From positions 2,115,031 to 2,147,030 of the forward strand of contig NZ_CP061308.1 in assembly GCF_018687935.1 (NCBI RefSeq): 32,000 bases of DNA, in the 5' to 3' direction. Positions 1-8,323 of this stretch are shown piece after piece (position 1 is the stretch's first letter; every line of letters begins with the position of its first letter). Both the position numbers and the translations under genes were made by a program. Origin of the DNA: Polynucleobacter sp. JS-JIR-5-A7. GTDB lineage: Bacteria; Pseudomonadota; Gammaproteobacteria; Burkholderiales; Burkholderiaceae. The notes beneath the pieces are model-generated. The model did no database searches, was not told where the DNA came from, and was given only the letters and a program-made list of their open reading frames with translations.

Positions 1-185
1 TCAGCGGCGCCAGCTGGAAACTCAACAATCTGCAAAGTGGCCTCTCTTCCGGTGCTACCCACATCCGATTTTTGAAGTACCGTACGTTTTGGTCGCAACT
101 CGTCAGTCTGCGTCTGCGCGAACGCAAAGTGGGCCATAAAAAAACTGATCGACAAACCCAGCCCAAGCCATTTTGCTAGTTTCAT
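1..185 (-). CDS. secreted cupin-like protein, N-terminal part only (gene runs off the window start)
   Basis: ATG at 185-183. Translation is MKLAKWLGLGLSISFFMAHFAFAQTQTDELRPKRTVLQKSDVGSTGREATLQIVEFPAGAA, giving a signal-peptide-like N-terminus and a cupin-like VEFPAGA strand. Truncated, so absent from the ORF track. Confidence 0.4.
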   Translation of the reverse strand, partial: MKLAKWLGLGLSISFFMAHFAFAQTQTDELRPKRTVLQKSDVGSTGREATLQIVEFPAGAA

Positions 186-271
186 TTTCGGTCCCTATTA
201 AATTGATGTAAATATCGTATCGTAAACTGATTCTATGTGAGGATATATGAGACTACTAGGCCCTAGAATAG

Positions 272-661
272 CTAATCTTTGGGGGCGTATTGCATCTCAC
301 CATTACCAAATGACCAGTTTTCTTTATTCACCTCAATCAAATTGATGACAATGTCTTGAGGTCTAACTTTAAGTCTTTCAACCAAGCCTTCACATATGGC
401 TTTGTAGAACTTTTTTTTCAGCTCAGTAGTTCTACCCTCATTTAAAGTCACCTGAATAAAGATAATATCTTCAGAATACTCAATGCCTAGATAACTTTTA
501 GGTACGACTAGCTCCTGACTTTCGTGCTTAGTAATAACTTGAAACTTATCATCTTTAGGCACATTAATATGCGCCGTCATCACTTGATAAACAATTTCGC
601 CTACTTGTTGGGCAAAACCTTCTGGATGTTTTTTACTTAAATCGATTCTGACAAATGGCAT
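272..661 (-). CDS. tautomerase family protein (4-oxalocrotonate tautomerase-like, long form)
   Basis: 129-aa ORF starting MPFVRIDL (catalytic Pro1 after Met). Size and layout fit the roughly 130-aa tautomerase family. Confidence 0.75.
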   Translation of the reverse strand: MPFVRIDLSKKHPEGFAQQVGEIVYQVMTAHINVPKDDKFQVITKHESQELVVPKSYLGIEYSEDIIFIQVTLNEGRTTELKKKFYKAICEGLVERLKVRPQDIVINLIEVNKENWSFGNGEMQYAPKD

Positions 662-680
662 CTAAATATCTCCTTGGGTT

Positions 681-1364
681 TTATTTCTTGAGCCGCTCAT
701 TACTTGGAAAAAGATTCTTTCTGGACTCTTCATCAACCTCTGTCTTGAAAGTGAATTTAGTCTTAATAGCTTCAACAGCCTGAGCACTTGGCTTGGCATT
801 GATTTCATCTAACAATCGCTTCACACTAGGCAACTTTTCCCAGGCACCTTCACCCAATACAAACGGAATCACTCTGGCCCAACCCCAAACAGACATGTCC
901 ACAATGCTGTAGTCACTGAGCATATAAGGCTGTTTAGCTAGATGCTCTTCAATTAATAACCAGTGACGCCATGCCTCAAAATCATAGCGATTGACCGCAT
1001 ATTCTTTTGGCTCTGGAGCAAAGTGTTTGAAATGAACAGCTTGCCCACAATACGGTCCAATACCGGTAGCAACAAACATAAGCCATGAATAGAGCTCAGC
1101 ATGTGCTTGCGGCGTATTTGTTGGCATGAACTTGCCAATCTTCTCGCCCAAGTAAAGCATGATGGCATTGCTATCAAACACCTTAATGTCGCCATCAACT
1201 AAAGCAGGCGTCTTTCCATTGGGATTGATTGCTCTAAACTCTGGTTTGTGTTGATCGCCCTTACGGGTATCAGTCACAATGATTTCGTAAGGCGTATTGG
1301 TCTCTTCTAAATACAGGGCTACTTTCGCTGGATTGGGTGATGGGTGATAGTAGAGCTTAAGCAT
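681..1364 (-). CDS. glutathione S-transferase family protein
   Basis: 227 aa. N-terminal thioredoxin-like GST fold (MLKLYYHPSPNPAKVALYLEE...NPNGKTPALVD...FDSNAIMLYLGEK) followed by a helical C-terminal domain. Confidence 0.85.
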   Translation of the reverse strand: MLKLYYHPSPNPAKVALYLEETNTPYEIIVTDTRKGDQHKPEFRAINPNGKTPALVDGDIKVFDSNAIMLYLGEKIGKFMPTNTPQAHAELYSWLMFVATGIGPYCGQAVHFKHFAPEPKEYAVNRYDFEAWRHWLLIEEHLAKQPYMLSDYSIVDMSVWGWARVIPFVLGEGAWEKLPSVKRLLDEINAKPSAQAVEAIKTKFTFKTEVDEESRKNLFPSNERLKK

Positions 1365-1404
1365 TTTTTATTCCTAGAAGTCAGTCTCTTTTAATAATAC
1401 CCAC

Positions 1405-1465
1405 AAATGAAAAACCACCCGAAGGTGGTCTTTGTGTTTCTTGGTGGCTTGAGGTGGAATCGATC
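1405..1465 (-). repeat. degenerate copy of the tRNA-Phe terminator hairpin plus tRNA 3' end; distal-most att-like remnant
   Basis: aaatgaaaaaccacccgaaggtggtctttgtgtttcttggtggcttgaggtggaatcgatc aligns with 25799-25860 (aaatgaaaaaaccacccgaaggtggttttggtatttcttggtggcccggggcggaatcgaac), with several mismatches in the tRNA part. Confidence 0.6.
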
Positions 1466-1494
1466 GGGGCTGAGGATGCCTGATCCTTAAGGCA

Positions 1495-2100
1495 TTAGTG
1501 ATTATGGCCCTTATTATTCATTGGCATCTGACCGTCGATCATTTTCTGATGTTGTTTCATCATGTCGCCATGCCCATCAGGATGGCAAAACTCATGATCC
1601 GAGTTACCACCCATTTGATGAGGATTAGCGCCTTTGTATCCTAGAATACTTGGATCAAGCATGCCGGCGATCATGGCAATGTGTCCAAATACCAAGAACA
1701 AGGCGACACATATCGCATGAATTTTTAGCTTGCCCATTTGGTCTAGCGTTCGATTTACTAAACCCAACTCTTGTAGGGCAATCCAGATCAGCGGCAATCC
1801 TGCGATGACATAAGTGCTAACAGCGATTACATCAATCACTGTTCTCCACTCGCCTGCCTGTGTAACAGGAATAATGGCATTAGTCACAATGTAGTAAATG
1901 ATCCCAACAAAGTAAACGCCTACAGCAATTCCAGAAAAGCGATTGAGGTAATAAACAGCACCATCGAACTTGCGAGTAAAGAGTAGATATAGCTCAGTGA
2001 TAGCTAAAGTCTCTGCCAAGATGATTGGGATGGCCATAAAAATAATTAAATTCCAGGGCTGATTAACAGCCAATAACTCCATGTAGTGAGTCATGTTCAT
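1495..2100 (-). CDS. integral membrane protein with His/Met-rich C-terminal tail (unknown family)
   Basis: Start moved to MNMTHYMELL (ATG at 2100), preceded by GGAG. There are several hydrophobic helices. The C-terminal tail is HQMGGNSDHEFCHPDGHGDMMKQHQKMIDGQMPMNNKGHNH. Confidence 0.6.
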   Translation of the reverse strand: MNMTHYMELLAVNQPWNLIIFMAIPIILAETLAITELYLLFTRKFDGAVYYLNRFSGIAVGVYFVGIIYYIVTNAIIPVTQAGEWRTVIDVIAVSTYVIAGLPLIWIALQELGLVNRTLDQMGKLKIHAICVALFLVFGHIAMIAGMLDPSILGYKGANPHQMGGNSDHEFCHPDGHGDMMKQHQKMIDGQMPMNNKGHNH

Positions 2101-2157
2101 AAGATTTCTCCAATAGATTACGGTGGCTGGATGCCACAAAAATTAGTTAATGCGTAG

Positions 2158-2490
2158 TTAACTAATTAATCTTGGAGGTTTGAATATATGACTTGGAACT
2201 GCCTCAACAATGAGTTGGAGCACTTGAGAAACAAAGTGATTTGAGAAATCTGGCTGGATATATTGGCTAGTAGATAAGTTTGCTATTACGCCCAAACAGC
2301 ATTGATGCTGTGCTTGATGATTTGTTGATTGCGAGTTCTCAACATTCACATCTCTTTTTGTATGGCAATCATGCTGAACTACATGCCCAGAATGAGCTTG
2401 TGATTTAGAGTCAGCAGATAAGGGCATGCTAGCCGCGTGAATCAAGCTGGCAAATAGACTAAAGCAAAGGCTGATACATATCCTTCTCAT
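2158..2490 (-). CDS. small secreted Cys/His-rich protein, FKPP(R/K) C-terminal family, paralogue D (possibly DUF2946-like)
   Basis: Signal peptide MRRICISLCFSLFASLIHAAS. HDCH and HQCC motifs. C-terminus IFKPPRLIS is shared with the ORFs at 17819, 19358 and 22895. Confidence 0.55.
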   Translation of the reverse strand: MRRICISLCFSLFASLIHAASMPLSADSKSQAHSGHVVQHDCHTKRDVNVENSQSTNHQAQHQCCLGVIANLSTSQYIQPDFSNHFVSQVLQLIVEAVPSHIFKPPRLIS

Positions 2491-2507
2491 AATTCCATTC
2501 TACGCCC

Positions 2508-2592
2508 AACAAATAAAAACCACCCGAAGGTAGTTTTAGTGAATCTTGGTGGCCCGGGGCGGAATCGAACCACCGACACAAGGATTTTCAAT
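2508..2592 (-). repeat. direct repeat: terminator-like hairpin plus 46-nt 3' portion of tRNA-Phe (att-like site)
   Basis: 2544-2592 tcttggtggcccggggcggaatcgaaccaccgacacaaggattttcaat is identical to 25834-25882 of the intact tRNA gene. It is preceded by a degenerate copy of the ccacccgaaggtgg hairpin. Confidence 0.85.
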
Positions 2593-2686
2593 TCTTTTTA
2601 CAGGATTAATACTGACTCTTGATATTTCCCTTTTGAGCCAATTGTGGAAACATTTCGGCTGCCAACTCCAGAACAATCTTGATGCC

Positions 2687-3361
2687 TTATTTTGGAATAA
2701 TTGGACTATTTGGATCTTTTGGCATCGAAGGAGCTGGGTAACCCGCAGCATGGGAAAACTTAACAATGCCTGGAATCATTTCCTTAGCCAATCCTGAATA
2801 TACTGGCAGCAGATTATTCAAATCCGGCGCCTTATATTCTGAAACTGGTCGCGCGACTGGGGTAGGCCATGTACTTGGATCGCAAGGGGTTGTCCGTATG
2901 AAGCAAGGCTCATGCGTTCTCACACTGGCATCACAGGCAGTAAATGGTTTGCCAAGATTCTATGCTTTACGCAAACTCGCAATCATAGAGGTATCACGGA
3001 ATTCTTTAGCGAATACTGTCTTCCCAGGAATCCATGACAAAATCATTACCACAAGAACAAGATAGCCAGATCTGCGGAAATCAAATCTTTGTTGGCCTTT
3101 TGGCACTGATGGATCTGGAGCAGGAACCAATGGAGGTGGCACGCGATCATAAGTTCCACCCGGCTCATCCCAACCAAGAAAAAAGTGTTGAGCACATTAG
3201 ACCCTGCCCGTGTTGTTGACTCGTTTAAGACGAGCGAACAGTTCTTTTAGTCTTTTAATCTTCGCTTTTTCAGTTGTAGGTAGTTTAAATAGAGCGGTAG
3301 CATCTTGAACTTGCTTTGCTGGCTGTAATTTCTTTTTGATTTCTTCTAATGTAGATGACAT
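2687..3361 (-). pseudogene. decayed gene of unknown product: one 225-codon frame with two in-frame stops
   Basis: A 54-aa ORF (3361-3197, MSSTLEEIKKKLQPAKQVQDATALFKLPTTEKAKIKRLKELFARLKRVNNTGRV) and the track ORFs 2960-3142 and 2687-2923 all lie in the same frame. They are separated only by TAA at 3197-3199 and TAG at 2960-2962. A weak P-loop-like SWIPGKTVFAKEF is present. Confidence 0.3.
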
Positions 3362-3399
3362 TTACGAAAAATCAGTTAAAGTTCGCACATATATTATGC

Positions 3400-5103
3400 T
3401 TAAAGCTTTGCTACTAGTGCGTGCCCTCCAATAATCTCTCTATTTGTAAAATGATCCCAAAACTTAAAGTTATATACATTAGGATCTCTAAACATCTTAA
3501 TTTGAAATCCAATAGACAAGTCTTCCAGCGGCAAACCCTGCTCAAAAACCCCTTGAAGACTACCCTGTCTAACTCTCAGGAGTTCAATATTATTTCTAGT
3601 ATGCTTCCTCAACATATCAATAACCTGAGAATCTAATTTTTTATCAATATCAATAATTGAAGACCCTCTGCCTTCTTGTGAAAAATTTACAACTAAAGCT
3701 GTATTTTCAAAATTTGAAAAGTCATCATTAGAGGGAATTATTACTATTGTTAACTTATCAAAAAAAGAAGCACTAAGAAATTTTTCACCAAGAATAAGTA
3801 ATTTTTTAGAAATAAAACCTTCCGCATCTGAAGAAAATTTTGTAATTTCTTCTTTTACGTATTCTTCATCAAGAAAGTAAAGTGGGGACTCATATTGCTC
3901 TAACTTATTTAAATCTTTTCCAAAAATATTTAAACGTGAAGTTTCTATTGGGTTAATTCCAATAACTTCAGGAAAGGTAGCCTCTACATATTGTATAAGG
4001 TCATCTGGAGAGTTTTTGATATTAATTCTTTTTACATCTAAATCTCTATTTATTTCTGTAAAGTATCCGGCGTATGGGATAACGAATTTTGGCATAGTTG
4101 CCGCCACTAATTTTTTTACGTAATGTGTAAGTACCGAATTTCTGTTTGCGTTTGCTATTTCAATTTTTTTCTGTAAATCAAAATTTTCAATCCGAGAAGG
4201 AAAAGCGCTCGCCCCACCTGCAAAGAGAGTAAAAAGCATATCTACTTTTGGTAAAACCCAGTTGTTAGGCATATTTGTGTCTACCCCAAAAAAAATAACG
4301 TTTTCTTTAGTGTAGACAAGCAAAGAGCTGTCATCCCTATCATCGCCTGATTTAACAATAATTAGCTTTATACTTTCATCTTTATTTATGGTCACCTCCT
4401 CAAGGAAATCAGCAATAATTAAGTTGTTATATCCTAATTTTCTTAAAATAGTTTCAACTGACTTTGATTCAAAGTTTGGCACTAAAAAACACTTGTCTTT
4501 TGATACGTATTTCTCAAGCGTAGGAATGTGTAGGTGATCTGAATGATTATGACTTATGTAGATTAAGTCGGCATTTACAAGTCTATCTACTGCCTCAACA
4601 CTTGGCGGATATAAGTGCCACCATCCTGTAGCAAAACAAGGTCCAATGTACCAAGGGTCTGTGATTATCGAAATGCTGCCAGCCACTAAAGATACTGAGG
4701 CGTGAGCATTGAAATCAATTCTTATCTCACCACCATAAAGCATTTCACACGGCACTAAAGGAAAAGACTCATCTTCCTTTAGTACACATAGAATATTTTC
4801 TTTATCTACTACCTTTAGTTGTTTCTTTGGACAGGCGTTTTCATATACTCCTTCACTAAGCAATAGCGTCCATTTATGAATTGGGCAGGTTGCTGTTTTT
4901 TTACCTGGATCAAGCGATAAATTACCTCCGTTATGATCACAAATCCTATCATAAGCAACCCATTCGCCTTTGACCTTACCCAGAAAAAATTCAGCGTGCT
5001 CTGTAAAACTTTCCTCTTTTGGCTTTTTTATTTCATAGCTAATAATTTTTTTTGTATTTTTTAAAAAAACATTCTTCTGGATAGAAATAATATCTGGATT
5101 CAT
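3400..5103 (-). CDS. Rieske [2Fe-2S] + metallo-beta-lactamase-fold monooxygenase resembling CMP-N-acetylneuraminate hydroxylase (CMAH)
   Basis: Probable ATG at 5103 (MNPDIISIQ); the track start at 5118 is TTG. Rieske motif CDH-x15-CPIH. MBL motif YISHNHSDHLH. Blocks DPWYIGPCFATGWWHLYPPS, ADLIYISHNHSDHL, FAGGASAFP, IPYAGYFTE and IGFQIKMFRDPNVYNFKFWDHF match my recollection of vertebrate CMAH. GC is about 30 percent in sampled lines. Confidence 0.8.
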   Translation of the reverse strand: MNPDIISIQKNVFLKNTKKIISYEIKKPKEESFTEHAEFFLGKVKGEWVAYDRICDHNGGNLSLDPGKKTATCPIHKWTLLLSEGVYENACPKKQLKVVDKENILCVLKEDESFPLVPCEMLYGGEIRIDFNAHASVSLVAGSISIITDPWYIGPCFATGWWHLYPPSVEAVDRLVNADLIYISHNHSDHLHIPTLEKYVSKDKCFLVPNFESKSVETILRKLGYNNLIIADFLEEVTINKDESIKLIIVKSGDDRDDSSLLVYTKENVIFFGVDTNMPNNWVLPKVDMLFTLFAGGASAFPSRIENFDLQKKIEIANANRNSVLTHYVKKLVAATMPKFVIPYAGYFTEINRDLDVKRINIKNSPDDLIQYVEATFPEVIGINPIETSRLNIFGKDLNKLEQYESPLYFLDEEYVKEEITKFSSDAEGFISKKLLILGEKFLSASFFDKLTIVIIPSNDDFSNFENTALVVNFSQEGRGSSIIDIDKKLDSQVIDMLRKHTRNNIELLRVRQGSLQGVFEQGLPLEDLSIGFQIKMFRDPNVYNFKFWDHFTNREIIGGHALVAKL

Positions 5104-5119
5104 CAAAAAAATTTCCAAG

Positions 5120-6343
5120 TTATGTCAATCTGTATGCTTCCATCGTCGCAGTGAGCTTACTGTAGTGTCGCTCAATCATTCCGGCACTATTACCCATCTG
5201 CTTCGCAAGCGTGTGAATATCTATTCTATATTCTATAAGCTCCAATGTAGCATAAGTGTGTCGCAATGAGTACAAAGTGCGTGTCTGTCCTTCTGCGTCT
5301 TTTTCTAATCCGCTATCACGCATTAGCCGTCTAAAAGTTCCATTCAAACTCGGCGGTTGATAACCATTACTAAATGTAAAAAGTTTATGTGCTGTGCGTT
5401 CTTTAATAAATTGCTCAAACTCAATACCATTGTGCGATTGCTGTCTGTTGTGTAGTCGCTTTAATACATCTACAGCGCGATGCTTTGCTATCAACCATCT
5501 ACCGCCCGTTTTACCATTCACCCATATGCGTAAGTAGCGTATGTCTTTGTCTGTGTGCCACTCAATGTGCTTCCAACTAATGCCTAATGCCTCTGTGCCG
5601 TGTCGCATTCCCGTTAGCAATAGCATCTCTACATAATCACGCAGTAGCGGACGCATCTCACGCTCTACAGCTAATCTCCCCTTCATACTTCACTTCACCA
5701 TATACACAAGCAGATGCTCTATCTCCTCCCTGCTAAATGCTGGGCGAGCGATACTCTTTAGTCCTCGTGTTGATAGCTTCGGTATCGCAACACGCTCGCT
5801 AATCCAACCTCTACTGACAGCAACGCTACACAATCTACTCCACGCACTCGCAAGGTTATTCAGCGTGCTTGCTTTAGGCAACTTCGCCATCTGTCTATTT
5901 CGCCATAACTCAAACTCTACGATGTCGCTGTGCGTGAGCTCCTCTAACTGCTTGTCCGCAAAGTACGGAATGAAATACTTTTCTATACAAGTTATATACG
6001 ATTGATACACGCTCTTTCCTCTACCCAAGTCCATCTCTTTGCGTAGCTCATCTAATGTTGCGTCTGCGATGTGTGCGAAGTCGTGTGATATGTGTGCTAA
6101 ACCCAGTCGCTGTCTAAAGCGTATCTCGTCGTACATCTCGCACGCAACACTATCGGCACTTTCAACACTCGCTTTGCGCGTGCTGACTCTGTACCAACTG
6201 CCGTTGGCTAACTTAAAGCGACATTGATATAGCGGACTGCTACTGCGACGATACAAAACAACTTCGCTATCACGCAGATACAGAATGTTGGGGTTAGATG
6301 TGTAGTGTGCTGTGAGTAGTCGTAGATACCTTGCGAGTGTCAT
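5120..6343 (-). pseudogene. int: tyrosine integrase inactivated by a single in-frame TGA (paralogue of the 15269-16543 integrase)
   Basis: Track ORFs 5690-6343 and 5120-5686 are in the same frame, with TGA at 5690-5692. LLVYMVK*SMKGRLAVEREMRPLLRDYVEMLL aligns with LLEFMEPWIKQGRLEIEHETRPLLRDYIEMLL of the intact paralogue, so the stop replaces a Trp codon. The catalytic RHTYAT...HY region is retained. Confidence 0.85.
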
Positions 6344-6468
6344 TACACAAAGTTAAACAGCGTGTTGCTAAAGTGCGGAGAGCGTAGATTATTTTTACGC
6401 ACGCAAAGAGCAAAAGTTTGTACAAGCACAAAAGAAAACACCGCAGTCTTTCGACTACGGTGTATATA

Positions 6469-6545
6469 TGGTGGCCCGGGGCGGAATCGAACCACCGACA
6501 CAAGGATTTTCAACTCTGTCCCCCAGACTAAACTCCCGCTAGATC
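6469..6545 (-). repeat. tRNA-Phe 3' fragment (45 nt identical) continuing into a diverged pseudo-tRNA; att-like site next to the dead integrase
   Basis: 6469-6513 tggtggcccggggcggaatcgaaccaccgacacaaggattttcaa equals the 3' end of the intact tRNA. The continuation ctctgtcccccagactaaactcccgc only loosely resembles the D arm and cannot pair as an acceptor stem. It has its own hairpin plus T-run at about 6438-6466. Confidence 0.8.
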
Positions 6546-6734
6546 TCAAAAGGTTCACCCCACCATAGGCAAACTTTGTGCACAAAACTTTCTTAGGTGT
6601 TTGTATGGGGTTGATTTGGTTGAGTTATTTTGACCCACGCAAGGATAGTAAGAGAGTTTGGTGGCGTAGCGAGGATTTGACTGACACAGGGATAACGACT
6701 CCTTGTTGTGATTGGGGTACCCCGTGCATGAACT

Positions 6735-6749
6735 GTCCTTTTAAAGGAC
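6735..6749. repeat. P-box palindrome GTCCTTTTAAAGGAC, copy 1 (left-extended: catgaacTGTCC...)
   Basis: Exact 15-mer, 8 nt upstream (plus strand) of the stop of the aquaporin gene at 6757. Confidence 0.9.
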
Positions 6750-6756
6750 ATTGCCT

Positions 6757-7428
6757 CTATAAACCTCTTGTATAGCTCTTGTTATCTTTTGGCTCAACTA
6801 GAGCAAGAATTCCAACAACCAATAATGCCGCAATGACCTCAGCCACAACAAATCCTAAAACATCATTAGGAGCAATGCCCACAAAGGTATTGGTTAAGCT
6901 CCTTGCTACTGCTACTGCTGGATTGCTAAAGAAGGTAGAGGAAGTAAACCAGTAGCCTGCTGTCACTGCCAAAGCAACTAACATTGGAACCTTATCTTTA
7001 GCCTCTTTATCTCCAATGTGTATTACTGAGAGCAATACGAGTGTTGATACAAGCTCACTCACCCAAATACCTAATCCTGTTCTGACTTTGGTTGATTCTT
7101 GAATAATGGGCAAGCTGAACATTAAATGGGTGAGCCATATTCCAGCAATAGCGCCTGTGAACTGGCAAACCCAATAGCCCAACATCTTTTTTAGATTGAG
7201 ATGTCCTAACTTCCAAAACATCAATGTGACAACTGGATTAAAGTGGGCGCCAGAGATGGGTCCGAGCAAAACAATTAAAGCGTAGAGTCCTGCGCCTGTA
7301 GCAATGCTATTACCAAGTAAGGCAACTGCGGCGTTGCCTGCTCCCAATGATTCACCCATAAAGCCAGACCCCGCCACTATTGCTAATAGCAGGGCTGTGC
7401 CCACAAACTCACTTACATAACTTTTCAT
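6757..7428 (-). CDS. aqpS: MIP-family aquaglyceroporin in the ars operon (AqpS-like arsenite channel)
   Basis: 223 aa and hydrophobic. Two NPx boxes (HFNPVVTL and FSNPAVAVAR). The ATGA overlap with the arsC stop indicates translational coupling. Confidence 0.8.
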   Translation of the reverse strand: MKSYVSEFVGTALLLAIVAGSGFMGESLGAGNAAVALLGNSIATGAGLYALIVLLGPISGAHFNPVVTLMFWKLGHLNLKKMLGYWVCQFTGAIAGIWLTHLMFSLPIIQESTKVRTGLGIWVSELVSTLVLLSVIHIGDKEAKDKVPMLVALAVTAGYWFTSSTFFSNPAVAVARSLTNTFVGIAPNDVLGFVVAEVIAALLVVGILALVEPKDNKSYTRGL

Positions 7429-7904
7429 GCTTTTGTATGAATCTCTTTTAGGCTCATTGAATCTAATTTGTCTAAAGGCATAGATGCCAAGATATCGATA
7501 CGCTTTTTCAAACCAATCATCACATCCTTAAATGCTTTGCGTTTTTCTTCATCACCACCTTGAACTTGTGATGGATCAGGAAAGCCCCAGTGAGCTGTAG
7601 AAGGTTTGCCAGGCCAAAATGGGCATACTTCACCCGCGGCATTATCACAAACAGTAATAATGAAATCCATTTGTGGAGCATCAGGCAAGCCATACTCATC
7701 CCATGACTTAGAGCGCAACTTATTCTCGTCGTAGCCCATCTCTAAGGCTAACTCTCTAGCAAAAGGATTAACAGATGTACCTGGGGTAGAGCCAGCTGAG
7801 TAACCAACAAACTTACCACTTAGATGGGTTGATGCTAATGCTTCACCCAATACAGAGCGGGCGGAGTTATGGGTACACAAAAAGAGAATGTTGTATTGCT
7901 TCAT
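7425..7904 (-). CDS. arsC: arsenate reductase, LMW-PTPase/thioredoxin-coupled type
   Basis: Start reset to MKQYNILFLCTHNSARS (ATG 7904-7902), overlapping the arsR TGA (7903-7901). CX5R(S) P-loop, plus the downstream Cys pair VCDNAAGEVC. Confidence 0.9.
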   Translation of the reverse strand: MKQYNILFLCTHNSARSVLGEALASTHLSGKFVGYSAGSTPGTSVNPFARELALEMGYDENKLRSKSWDEYGLPDAPQMDFIITVCDNAAGEVCPFWPGKPSTAHWGFPDPSQVQGGDEEKRKAFKDVMIGLKKRIDILASMPLDKLDSMSLKEIHTKA

Positions 7905-8230
7905 TTGATTTTGGCTTTCTTGAGGGGTTTGATGGGAAGGCAAGACTTACCGCCACAGCAGTTATCTAATAAAAATTCACTTAACTTTTGAACTTGCTCG
8001 GCATTAGGTCTATAGATGAGATTACGACTTTGACGCTCTACCAATAAAAGCTCGGCATCCACTAAATCTTTTAGGTGAAAACTGAGGGTGGCATTGGGGA
8101 TGCCAAGTTTTTCAATAATTTGACTTGGAGTTAACCCAAGGTCACCACGCTGAACAATGAGGCGAAACACATTAAGTCGGGTTTCTTGCCCTAGAGCGAG
8201 GAAAGCAGAGATAGCGTTATCATTATTCAT
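7901..8230 (-). CDS. arsR: ArsR/SmtB-family metalloregulator
   Basis: 109 aa. Winged-HTH region (QETRLNVFRLIV...TPSQIIEKLGIPNATLSFHLKDL). C-terminal Cys cluster DNCCGGKSC. First gene of arsR-arsC-aqp. Confidence 0.9.
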   Translation of the reverse strand: MNNDNAISAFLALGQETRLNVFRLIVQRGDLGLTPSQIIEKLGIPNATLSFHLKDLVDAELLLVERQSRNLIYRPNAEQVQKLSEFLLDNCCGGKSCLPIKPLKKAKIK

Positions 8231-8252
8231 ATTTCGAATTATATGGAAATAT
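8229..8252. promoter_or_regulatory. candidate ArsR operator in the divergent arsR/arsH intergenic region
   Basis: Inverted repeat ATATTTC-n10-GAAATAT within the 93-bp AT-rich gap between the arsR start (8230) and the arsH start (8324). Confidence 0.3.
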
Positions 8253-8323
8253 ATGACAGTTTTATGAAATCTCGTTTCTAATAGACTCTCTTAATAATTT
8301 CACCTTTAAATTAGTATTCATCC

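Larger units (their letters stand above)
2544..6545 (-). mobile_element. decayed tRNA-Phe-associated islet: dead integrase, CMAH-like gene and a pseudogene, bounded by tRNA-Phe 3' repeats
   Basis: Direct repeats at 2544-2592 and 6469-6513. The integrase lies immediately inside the tRNA-proximal repeat. The cargo is AT-rich. Confidence 0.6.

Noticed and set aside
953-1198. 81-aa ORF nested in another reading frame on the same strand inside the GST gene
   Set aside because: It lies entirely within a well-supported CDS and its composition is implausible (Cys/Arg-rich).
2536-2797. Track ORFs 2536-2766 (-) and 2546-2797 (+)
   Set aside because: Both run through the tRNA-Phe 3' repeat, and their translations include the GGIEPPT-type artefact of reading a tRNA T-arm. 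Not credible as proteins.
3421-3636. 71-aa antisense ORF inside the CMAH-like gene
   Set aside because: It is embedded opposite a strongly supported CDS, and its low-complexity AT-rich translation is not protein-like.
5690-5692. In-frame TGA in the integrase as selenocysteine or Trp recoding
   Set aside because: No SECIS-like hairpin is apparent downstream. TGA is used as a normal stop elsewhere in the window, for example in arsR and rsmB. The paralogue has TGG at this position. A simple nonsense mutation is the economical reading.
6294-6775. Track ORFs 6294-6503, 6343-6585, 6362-6568 and 6578-6775
   Set aside because: They overlap the pseudo-tRNA/att repeat, its hairpin or P-box copy 1. 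They have no ribosome-binding sites and their sequences are not protein-like.
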